Source: Nemertoderma westbladi
Taxonomy: Eukaryota; Animalia; Xenacoelomorpha
Direction of reading: 5' to 3'
DNA length: 32,867 nt
Assembly (NCBI GenBank): GCA_032718475.1
Contig: JAUCBJ010007753.1
Span: 1-32,867, forward strand
Part shown: piece by piece, positions 22,825 to 32,867 of the stretch
Layout: the number at the start of each line of letters is the position of its first letter
How positions within the stretch are numbered: position 1 is the first letter of the stretch
Notes under the pieces: generated by a model
The model's input: only the letters and a program-made list of their open reading frames with translations
What the model was told of the DNA's origin: nothing
Database searches by the model: none
Position numbers and translations under genes: made by a program

Positions 22825-23086
22825 GAATGGGATAATCTTTTAGGCTCGTTAAGCCAAGGAATGCCTGTTCACCACCATGGGTGATCTTCCACAGTAAACC
22901 CTTCCATTCTGTTTCCCAAGTTGTCTTGGTTCCCATTTATCGACCACTGAAGGATGAAAACCGGGGTTGGGCTAGGCTGTAGCATTTAAAGCACTGTGCC
23001 CAAACAGTGCTGCCCCATCTAAGGATCGAACCCGGGCTCCCTAATCGGAAGCACAGTAATGTCACCACTAGACCAAGCTGCTCTAA
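22825..23086 (-). mobile_element. tRNA-derived SINE with Deu/Nin-like core
   Basis: A box TGGTCTAGTGG, B box GGTTCGATCC, core TTTCATCCTTCAGTGGTCGATAAATGGGAACC. 11-bp TSD tttggtaatat at 22814-22824 and 23087-23097. Confidence 0.85.
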
Positions 23087-23234
23087 TTTGGTAATATCAT
23101 TTTGTTGTATAGCTGTGGTTCAAACATTCATATTTAAGTAGAATACTTTAATATCCGCATTTGCGGAATATAAATTTCTGGAGATGGATTGTAGATGGAC
23201 AGTATCCATTCAGTTGCTTGGTTACTTTACTGTC

Positions 23235-23916
23235 AGGTTTTTCTTTTTGATCGTGTACTTACTAGAACGAGCATGTATACATACTTAGGCCATGTTATTC
23301 ATGATACACGAGATGACGATTATGATATTAAGAAATTAACTCGAGGTGTTTACGCTCGCGCTAACATGTTAATTCGTAAATTAATACGCTGCTCTAATTT
23401 AGTGAAAGTGAAACTGTTTCGTGCATTTATAACTCCGCTGTACTGCAATGCTCTCTGGTCACGTAGTAATTACTCATCAATTGTTTACAACCGACTTAGA
23501 GTAGCGTACAATAACGCAGCACGTAAGCTTTTCTCGATCCCGTTTGGTGCTAGTATGTCGAATTTCTTCGGTTGTAATAATTTACCATGTTTCATTCACA
23601 TTCGATATAAATCAATTTCCAGTTTACATAGTAGAATTTCTATGTCTAATAATGTAATCATCAATTCAATTAGTTGCTATACATATTTTCATGGTTCACG
23701 AATTAATGATATGTGCGATTCAAGAAATTTGGTTTCATAGTTTATATCCCATTATCCTCCGTTAGTAATTTTCACTTTATAACTACATATTTATAATTAG
23801 TATAAATTATAATATCATATGTGCTGTAGGTAGATAGATCGATGTAGAATAGTTACAAATAGATATGGGCTGATTGTTGTTTGTAATATAAATATCATGT
23901 TGCCTGCTGTAAATAA

Positions 23917-23946
<30 letters not shown>
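23235..23946 (+). mobile_element. 5'-truncated CR1/L2-group LINE 3' end
   Basis: YTYLGHVI…YARANMLIRK…KVKLFRAFITPLYCNALW…LRVAYNNAARKLF (RT C-terminus), then a 3' UTR and (TAAA)n tail at ~23910-23946. Confidence 0.85.
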
Positions 23947-23947
<1 letters not shown>

Positions 23948-24827
23948 GGCCAGATCTTATATATATTGAAGATATATCTTTCTTGTTATATACAATTAAT
24001 TATTGTTAATATAAGTACAACATTGCTACCATTAAATATATACACGGTTTAGGATTTAAATTAAATTTTTAGCGAAATTACCACCCCCACTCCCTCTCAC
24101 CACTGCCTCCCAACCCCGAGCTGTAATATTGGATCTCCATTGTATTTCAGTTGGACTCCAATGCAACTTGTTGTGATGGTCATATGATGATTGTTGTTTT
24201 GTCAGTTTACAGCAGTAGGGAAGTAAGCTGATTGTTGTGAATCTTTAATATTCCTGGTGTTTATGGACCAGCCGGGTATACTTGTTTTTATAAAATATTC
24301 GGTAAGCTGACCTCATTATAATCAAACCACCACCTCACCAAATAACCCCAACTGTTAGAGGAGCGTCTACATTATGCTGCTGAATCAGCGGTGAACCTCA
24401 AGTCACCATAGTTCTCAAGTTTGTCTATGCCATTTCCAAACATAATAAATTTGGACCGAATCAATTTTGAAACACAAATTTATGATTTCTATAAGAAAAC
24501 TGCATAATATATCACGGTTTAATTAAGTAGAGGGAAGACATTTCCTATGGTTAAGAATGAGCTGTCAAATTAAGACATACTGTACATGATCATGCGCTTA
24601 TGGCTGGTGAAGAAATTTTTCAACAAGGACTGGAGATGGACATCCAGCAGATAATTATTAGTCCGTAATAACATGGTGAATGAAATTGGTAGTGTGGGAT
24701 AAAGGAAGCGTTTAATATTATTCTGGAGTGTTCTGGATGTTTCCTTTAATAATGCTTGAATGCAGGCCAGCAACTATTTTACTGTGAAGGTTCTATTGTT
24801 TAGAGTTAGTTGTTTGTTACATTACAG

Positions 24828-24972
24828 AGATCAAGAGATTCTTTGGGAGAAACTAGATCGTTTACAAACCCGGTTAAGTGATATAGATGAAGCCGATAAA
24901 ACAAAGAAAAAGGACGCCAACAAATATTACAAAGAGTTAGCTGATAATGCTTACAAGAATGAGAAAACATTG
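24828..24972 (+). CDS. Host gene coding exon 2
   Basis: Acceptor ttacag|A, then DQEILWEKLDRLQTRL…YKNEKTL, donor TTG|GTAAGA (phase 0). Confidence 0.75.
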
Positions 24973-25970
24973 GTAAGATAATTATTAACTTAAAGGTAAA
25001 CAAAAGAGTCTTACACACCATAAACTACGATAAAATATAGAATCAGGACATTAAGACCAAAAATAGTTTCTGCCCTAGGGCCATCAAAGGACACAATCAA
25101 AACAAAAAACAAAAAAAACAACAAACAAAGACTAATAAATTAACATGCTCATCATACAGGTATGTATCGCAACTTTAACCCTAACCTAACCGTCATACAC
25201 TAAATGATACCGGTAATAAACTGCACGAAAACTAAGCCTATATGACCCAAAACAGATTGGACTAGAGCAAAAATAATTAATTTGTGAAAAATTATGGTTG
25301 CGTTTTGGTGTCTTGGACCACGCTAATACTCAACACCACCAAGGTCGATTTCGATTGGTTGCTATGGTATTTTCAAAAAACTAAATATGCCATTAAATTA
25401 TTCAAAAATAGTAATCTTCCATAAATTTTTCTCGTCATATATACTATAAGAGTGTGTTGCTATGGCAATTTCCTCTATTGCTATATTTAAGTCTCTCTTA
25501 AATACCCATGCAACCATTTGGTGAAGTCTCACCAATTTTTTTAATTGTCCCATATCCGAAGGCTCCACTAAACATAAATGTGGAGCAGCTCCGTCAACTA
25601 AAAATTCACACGATGTCTTAGGCTGGAGCCCGTAAAAATATTTTTAAAACCATCTCAATCCCCTAAAAGTTTCACATATTTTAAACTGAATATCATACAA
25701 TTTTTACTTTACAGTACTTGTACTGTGTGTTTGCAAATATTATTTTTGGGAATTAGAAAATTATTGGCACATAATCCAATTGCAAAAATACCACAATCAT
25801 CTTAAATATGGGGGAAACATGATAACATTACGTAAGATACTATATATATATTGTATATTTCTTTATATATTTCCTACAAATATTAATCTGATGTTATGTT
25901 TCTTTGTTTGTCCTAAACGAATGATATTTCCAACAATAATATATAAATCGATTAAATTACATTTTTGCAG

Positions 25971-26522
25971 AAGTTCCGGAACAAACACAATGACCCCGTG
26001 CTGGGGTTCAAGATAGACCGCTCACGGACAGTGTTGGGGGAACTTGTAGCCAAGGATTTGGGATTCACTACAGAAGAAAATACTAAATCGTCTTCAAAAG
26101 CCAAAAAGGATAAAAAAGAATCACAAAATAAATACGTAGGATGTTTGCTTACCTCAAACTTTATAAAAAACAATATACGTGCGAACGAAGACAACGAAGA
26201 TTTATTGAAGACGATAGACAGTTCAGCAAAAAGAGTTGATGATGAACATATTAAGAAGTCATTATCGCTGAAGCAGCAGCATATGTTATCGAAGATTCGC
26301 GAGTTGTTACAGCCGACTCCATTACCAGAAGCCCCTAAATTAGAAACGATGGAGACCCGGAGACGCAATAGACTCGGGACAGGCGATAAGGAAGATGCTA
26401 TGTACGTGTGGTTGGGGCTGGACTCCGCCGAGCAGCTGGATAAACTCAAAGGGAAGACCCGTGATGAAGATGCTGAGTTTGTTGAATCACTGAAGGAAAA
26501 AGAAAAATCTACCGAAGTTTAA
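25971..26522 (+). CDS. Host gene coding exon 3 (terminal)
   Basis: Acceptor tttttgcag|AAG (phase 0), then 183 open codons KFRNKHNDP…EKSTEV* in AT-rich surroundings. Confidence 0.8.
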   Translation, partial: KFRNKHNDPVLGFKIDRSRTVLGELVAKDLGFTTEENTKSSSKAKKDKKESQNKYVGCLLTSNFIKNNIRANEDNEDLLKTIDSSAKRVDDEHIKKSLSLKQQHMLSKIRELLQPTPLPEAPKLETMETRRRNRLGTGDKEDAMYVWLGLDSAEQLDKLKGKTRDEDAEFVESLKEKEKSTEV

Positions 26523-29192
26523 ATTTGGATATATATATTATATTATATGCGGCCAAAAACATATTGTATATTTGATGATTCTAATTTTTTTGCAGAATAA
26601 TAAAATTCGCACAATAGTTTGGGCGAATGTCGATATTTGTAATTCAGCCATCCCCCGCTCATTACCTTTGTAATATTGCATTGCACATTGCCTGAACAAT
26701 ATCCCATATCCCTGAGTCCAGGACCCATCATAGTCTTGCTAAGTAATCTGTTAACACGAATCATCTCTGGCTCAAGAGGTAGTGTAGTCAAACCCATATA
26801 GTTTATTAGGTGAGTTTTTGTTTCGGCATGAGGGTCGTAAATGAACTATCCAAGGTTCATATGTGCATTGTGTCCGGAAATGGTTCATAAATGAGTACCA
26901 GTTAATTAAAAACTTAATCAAAATTACTCGTCCAGTCTTTTTGGGCAACCCCTGGACTAAACGGCCGAATAACATTTTAATTTTTTTAGTTCGCATAATT
27001 TCCAACCAATACCACAGTCACTAAACACCAATGCTAACTCATCACTCACTCAATTTCATTGCATCCCATTATTGTATTACATAAGTCTCGAAACAGCCAC
27101 GTATGTACTTGTACAGGCTTATAAAGTATATCATTCCATATATTAGGGTGGGGCAATTTTGGCAGTGGATTGTAGTTTTTTTAAATTTTTAAGTAGGCGG
27201 CATTTGAAGAAAGAAAGTTTATTACAGAGGCTATTAAACATCACAATATTGTAGGTATATGCGGTAGATCTACTATTATACAAGGTGATACGCCAATTCC
27301 ATAAAAAACCCTCTGATAATCTTTGAGATAATCCGTTTAATTTCTTAGTGAGAGCCAACATAAACTTCCGTTAATCGGATTTGCTTTTGTACAAAATCAA
27401 ACGTCCAGTATAATTTCTAGTCACAAATTCTTTTCAAGTTTAACCGGCTATTATATAAAGTGTTATTATATACTCCGTTTATCAAATACAACGTTTTGTT
27501 TATCAATTAAACTCAGCATTAATTTATTCGAAACTGAAACATTATGAATTGTAACTCCGTTGGTACCTTAGAAAATGATGTGTGGGGGGTATAATAACTA
27601 AGACGAGAGAGTATTATTGTTTTCTCTGTAAGGGGAACTTCTGATGTTATATTCCTAAGCCTATAGAATATTAAGCCCAGTGATGAATCAAACATCAGTG
27701 AGGGTGGAGTGACGGTCAACTCACTGGAGTGCAACAAACATAAATTAATTTATTGTAGTTTAGTTTGCACATCTCAATATAGAACTGTGGTAGACGGTGG
27801 TGGTATAGTGAGATCGAGATATGATGGCAGACTAAAACAAATTTACTCAGTAATAATAAAAGATATTTAATAATACATTTCGCGTACACATTATTAATAA
27901 GCGAATGTGTAGTTGTAAACCCAATCCCAGGCCCACTTACTCACCCGTCATACAATGTTATTGATTTCCTTATTATTTATTGCATAGGCTGTCGTTCCAA
28001 CGGTCAGTACAGTCCTCCTCAAGGACAACAGGAAGTGCCCAGATGATACCACAATAATGGGGCTGCATGCAGTCCAGTTCTACATATAAAATTACAAAGG
28101 CGTATCCTCGGAGTGCCATATGTTCCAGTGAGGAGGGGAGGGGAGGGGGATATTGTCCCGGATCTGGGGGTAGGATGTGTTGTATCTCTCGCACAACATG
28201 TGGGCAGCCCTCCCCCCGAATCCCCACACTATCCCTCCCATCCTGTTTATTAAGGCTGCACTGATGAGGTCTTGCTAGGCTCTGTAGCATTTTGTGTCAC
28301 TCACAGCGGAATAATAAATATAGTAACAATAATAATTCCACATTAAAATACAACAGCTTTTTTATATCAACTGTGTTAAATTGTTATCATACATTATTTT
28401 TATTTTCATTTAATAATAACTTTACTTTATCACCTATGTTAAAATATTAATAATGTAAAAATAATCTAATGTAATGGCGGATCGAAGAGTGAAGATTACA
28501 ACAAAAAACTTATATATATATTATATAATATTTTCTTGCTTGTTATGTTAAACATAATAATGCGAGCGTTTTTTATTAAACACATATTAGCACATCCCCT
28601 GTTTTTAATACTTTCATGAAGTGGATTCTGGGATTATATTTACAAATAAACCCCATTGCTTAAAATGGATGCTACACAACTGATGTAATCAGTTATGTAC
28701 ACTGTACAGGGCATTTTTGCTAATTTTGTTGAAAGTTTCTGATGTCTAATGTCTGGTGAAAATTTATTCAGTAGTTAGTTTGTACCGCATATTATTTGAA
28801 TGTTAATTTTGACAATAAACTACTTCTACTAATACTTTACTTTGTATATTCTTTGTTTGTATCCTATGCTTTGTATAATAGTTAGTTAGATAGGTTGAGT
28901 AAATAGTTAGCACATAACGATTTGGACAATTTCAAGCTATTTGTTTGTTTCATCTTAATTATACAGACTGCCAGGTGGGGGTAACCAGGGTTACATTTTC
29001 TATTGATGGGATTGCGTCAAGTTTCCCCCTGTCGCCATAATTTAGAACGCATTACGCGCAGTTTGCTGGTAAATAACAATATAAAACAATAATTGGATTC
29101 ATCTACATACGATCTTCAGACTTTCAGTTTGGTAACACTGCTACTAGTGGTATAAATAATTGAAGTACAAGCTTGATTAACCAATAATTACG

Positions 29193-29661
29193 AAATATAT
29201 TTATTTATTTATAAAGCACGTTAAGTAAAAAACCTTACCGGTAGGTATGTCAGTGCCAAAGTATGTAAAAAACTAAAAAGCAACAAGACCTACGTTCCAA
29301 TCAATCAGCGATCATCTGACGGCAGCCATCTGATCGGTAGGTTTCGCCCCGCAACTGAAGGCATTCTCAGGAGGCCAAGCCAGGAAATGTAGAGATAAAT
29401 TTATGATTTCATTACCTGTTCCGTCCCCCTTTGGGAATCTCTCTCTACATTTCCTGGCTTGGCCTCCTGAGAATGCCTTCAGTTGCGGGGCGAAACCTAC
29501 CGATCAGCTGGCTGCTGTCAGCTGATTACTGATTGCCTGCAACGGCTACTGTAGATCTTGTAGATCTTGTTGCTTTTTAGTTTTTTACATACTTTGGTAC
29601 TAACACACCTAACGGTAAGGTTTTTTACTTAACGTGCTTGATAAATAATTAAATATAATTT
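29193..29661. repeat. Long inverted repeat (~200-220-bp arms, ~46-bp spacer) derived from Penelope-like termini
   Basis: 29193..29395 is the reverse complement of 29442..29661, and the inner ~65 bp pair perfectly. The arms align with 20690..20850 (gtaggtatg…ccaaagtat…ctaaaaagcaac…gacctac…gaaggcattctcaggaggc). Confidence 0.9.
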
Positions 29662-29699
29662 GTAGGTAGAAAGAGTTCGACAATGAAAATGAGACCCTT

Positions 29700-30130
29700 C
29701 CAGGCTTCCCGATTCTCCATAGTTGTCTCAATTTCGTTTCTCCCAAAGTTTCGAAAGTCTCCGAAAATTTCAAGGTGCTGTATATGTCATAGCTGGTCGT
29801 ACACGGCTACACTTTCATTATGTTGGTTGCCAGAAAAGTAGATCTTGTATGACCTCTTGTTTACTTCAGGTTCCAGGAGAGGTCTGATTTCGAGGTGGTA
29901 TCCATTTTTGATGGAGCTACCCAGTACCCATACCTTTGCTTTCCTAACTGCTTTTTTTCTGCTGCTCTGTAGCTATGATCCAAGTTACTGAATGTGATTG
30001 ACATTCCTGTAGTTGATTATGAATATTCGATCTGACTGCCACTAACACTAAAAGTAATGTATTTAATTTTGGTCGCATTTATATGCAATGACACAAGCAA
30101 CCCTTTCCACAATGTTCAGCAGAAATTTTG
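29700..30130 (-). mobile_element. Old RTE-like RT C-terminal fragment
   Basis: Minus-strand SLHINATKIKYI resembles the GLxINxxKT RT motif. The remainder is heavily decayed. Confidence 0.4.
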
Positions 30131-30152
30131 AATCTGGTAGCGTATTAATTAA

Positions 30153-31255
30153 TACTACTACTACTATAGGTGGTTAGTTATCCTGCTGCATTGCAGCAGT
30201 ACATTGATGCTATGCTGGCTTTAACAAAATTTGTACCGTCACAACTCCCTATCCCCCATTACTTTCGCGAGATTATCCAAAGACCATTCGATGTTGCCCG
30301 TGTCTTTCCATTATGTATTAAAAGGCCCTCACCTGACTTGCGGATGGTTGGGTGCAATATTTACCCGCGTACAAGCTTCGCCTGCGTCCAATCTTCGCCC
30401 GCGTACAACCTTCGCCCAGGGGAAACCTTCGCCCGCAACGGCAATCTTCGCCCGCGACCAACCTTTGCCCAAGAAGATTTGTGTTAGTAACCCATTTAGT
30501 AACAAATTGAGGGAAAGGAGCAGGTTACAGAGACGGCTTTTTCTAACCAAAACAATAAACGATGGTGTTACTAGTTGACGGAAAGGAGCAGGTTACAGAG
30601 ACGGCTTTTTCTAACCAAAACAATAATTGTTTAAAGGGCGAAGGTTGCTCGTGGGCGAAGATTGCATGCGGGCGAAGGTTTTCGCAGCGCGATAGTTGCT
30701 CATTTTGAGAGCGAAGATTGCTCACGGCTAAGATTGGAAGCGGCGAAGCTTTCTCGCGGGCAAAGTTTGCTGCATACCCTTCCGGATCCATGATCCCAGG
30801 TAACAGAAGTCGTCCACATGCTCAAGCACACCATTCTTAGAGCTTATGCACATTTGATCAGACATTTCCTGATGACTATCCAAGTTAACTGTCAGTATTT
30901 TGATATTTCTTGGAAATAACAAAAAGACCAACACTAGAAGCAGTCAGTTCTCATGAGTAGTCAGGCTGGCAGCTACCACAAGGAGAACCATTCCAATATA
31001 TTTTGTTCGAACACATAAGTTTTCTTTCTTGGGGAAAGATTTTAATTACATTAAGCCCAAATTGATGGCGTTTCCCGTTTCAATATCCGTTTGCAAACAC
31101 CCAATAATTGTTTTATCTTATATCGCACATATCTTTATTAGTAGACTACACAATGCTTTAACTGATTCTCTGGAGTTCGGCAGGAGTAAAGCCACCTGTT
31201 TCTATAGATAGGGTCTTGTAGTGTTGTTCGATGTTTGGTGGTAGTCGAAGTGATC
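30153..31255 (-). mobile_element. RTE-like LINE copy A, internally deleted and interrupted by a MITE
   Basis: IETGGFTPAEL and PKKENL…YIGMVLLVVAA join directly to SVGLF…LTVN…LEHVDDFCYLGSWI. The 3' end is homologous to 31955..32069 and has a (TAG)n tail at 30153-30167. Confidence 0.8.
30346..30778. mobile_element. Mutator/foldback-like MITE
   Basis: 9-bp TSD ctt(g/c)cggat at 30337-30345 and 30779-30787. Degenerate GGT-initiated TIRs. CTTCGCCC repeats at ~17-bp spacing on the left, mirrored by GGGCGAAG on the right. Central 47-bp direct repeat at 30512-30558 and 30580-30626. Confidence 0.8.
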
Positions 31256-31345
31256 TCATATATAAAATAAAACATATGTATTATTTCCCATCACATTCTT
31301 CAGCTTTTAGGCAACGGTGACCGTTAGCACTTACCGGTGACCGTT

Positions 31346-32069
31346 TATTAACTCCAGAAAGACCAAAATTTTGACAGTTAACTTTGAAAGTCCTCAGCAA
31401 GTCTCTGATCGGATGAGCATAAGCTCAAAAGATGGTATGCTTGAGCATGTGGATGACTTCTGTTACCTGGGATCATGGATCCGGAAGTCAGGTGAGGACC
31501 TTCGAATACGTAAGGGAAAGGCATGGGCAGCCTTGAATAGGCTTTCCAGGATTTGGAAGTCACCGAGAATTAATCGGAAACTTAAGGTCCGGTTATTTAG
31601 AGCAGCAGTAGTTCCAGTACTCCTCTATGGGAGTCCATGCTGGGCTCTAACTGCTGAGGACACCAAATCTCTGGATGGCACATTCACAAGAATGCTACGC
31701 CGGGTTCATTGTGTCAAGTTCAATGCACACATCTCCAACCAGACACTATATAACATTGGAGGTGTCTCATTGGTTCCCCCAAGCTTGACACTAGAACAAA
31801 ATCGCCTCCGCTTTGCAGGACATTGCTTTCGCCGTGAGGACCAGCCAGTGCATAATCTTGTACTTTGGCAGCCTCATGGAGTGAATAAGCATGGTGGACA
31901 GCCCATGACTTTCTTGAGACGCATCTTAAAGGACACTGGCCTTGAAGATGCGGATGATCTAGCAAATGTCATGGGTGATAGGGAGTTGTGGCGGTGCAAT
32001 TTTGTCGATAAGCCGGCACAGCATTCTTAAAAATGCAGCTGCAATGCAGCATGCCGATCCTAGTAGTAG
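31346..32069 (+). mobile_element. RTE-like LINE copy B, 5'-truncated, with intact RT C-terminal ORF
   Basis: INSRKTKIL…VDDFCYLGSWI…KVRLFRAAVVPVLLYGS…RLRFAGHCFR…LVLWQP, (TAG)3 tail, and TSD gaccgttagcac at 31319-31330 and 32069-32080. Confidence 0.92.
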
Positions 32070-32867
32070 ACCGTTAGCACAGCTTTTTTTATTTATAGTT
32101 TACCAGGTCAATATCGAATGCTGTTGTGAGCATTAATAATAAACTCAGTATGTCAGCAATATATAATAATTTATCGCAACAAATAAATATTTATTTCTGA
32201 AACTAATTATATATTCACTAAATATAATCACTATTATTCAATAAATGTTTACAATCATCCCCATCACACCAAATATCATCATCATCAATAAATATAGTTA
32301 GGCCCATGGGCAATAAGTTAATTAATATAATCAAATAATTTTTTCTATAAAATATAATAAGCTAACACGATGGAAAATAAATTGCTAACTCTCTCGTTAT
32401 CGGTTCTACCTAATTCTTTTAGATATTATTATATTTAGACAGACGTCATTACTTCCTAATTCTTATACTGTAATAGATATCATAATACAGTACTTTGTAT
32501 ACCTACAGTGTATAATATGTACTTCATTACGTAACTATAGCTCTATAGCTGTAGTACTGACAATGTTGGTTGGAATTTAATATAAATTCTTGAATTTATT
32601 GGAAAGTTGATGAAAAAATTTCACACCTATTCCAAATTACCCAAGGTAGGCGTACAGTGTGTCAATGTCAATTTATTAAGTCTAGACATATTGCTTTGCT
32701 GTGGAACTAAACTTGTTAACTGTTGTACAGTGTGGGTTGGTTGGTTTGTCTATCAATATTTTGTCTTCAGCTCAGCGTGTGCCAGAACAGCTAGTGTGTG
32801 GCGCAGTACCAGCGCTAGTGCTTCAAACTTCTGCTTCCCGCATTGCAAATCTTTTCTTTTTAATGGT

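Noticed and set aside
24300-24773. Possible old Penelope-like RT fragment on the minus strand (LLDVHLQSLLKN)
   Set aside because: Too degenerate; no diagnostic motif recovered.
25177-25720. Repeat-like tract with ctaacc and gttgctatgg motifs
   Set aside because: Probably a non-autonomous repeat, but no termini or TSD could be defined; not a telomeric array.
26925-27165. DNA-transposon-like terminal motifs (CAGGGTTGCCCAAAAAG on minus; TAGGGTGGGGC on plus)
   Set aside because: No matching partner TIRs found.
27973-28290. GC-richer patch with 105-aa and 65-aa ORFs
   Set aside because: No recognisable motif or consistent splice structure.
30376-30765. CRISPR-like regularly spaced repeats
   Set aside because: 8-bp motifs with ~9-bp gaps in mirror orientation, eukaryotic context and no cas genes; explained by the MITE.
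32777-32867. Possible exon at the window end after ttgtcttcag
   Set aside because: Too short and cut by the window edge; no motif.

Overview
AT-rich eukaryotic (probably invertebrate animal) genomic DNA made mostly of transposable elements, with two host-gene traces. Left to right: the 5' half of an LTR retrotransposon on the minus strand (gag-like ORF with one frameshift, ~2.6 kb leader, PBS-like site, LTR edge); a tRNA-like A/B-box cassette; a head-to-tail pair of a ~4.24 kb CR1/L2-group LINE (one complete copy and one 5'-intact, 3'-truncated copy; ORF2 is in frame with the ORF1 TAG stop; the RT motif is LMDD); the terminal exon of a Ly6/uPAR-like GPI-anchored protein; a decayed hAT transposase; RTE endonuclease fragments; a GC-rich CRE-clade RLE retrotransposon whose RT core is replaced by a 15-bp minisatellite; a decayed Penelope-like element; a three-exon ~290-aa host gene with a SINE and a LINE 3' end in intron 1; a ~470-bp fold-back made of two inverted Penelope termini with hammerhead-like cores; and RTE copies, one interrupted by a Mutator-like MITE. 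All calls come from reading and translating by eye. No database searches were run, so family assignments rest on recalled motifs.
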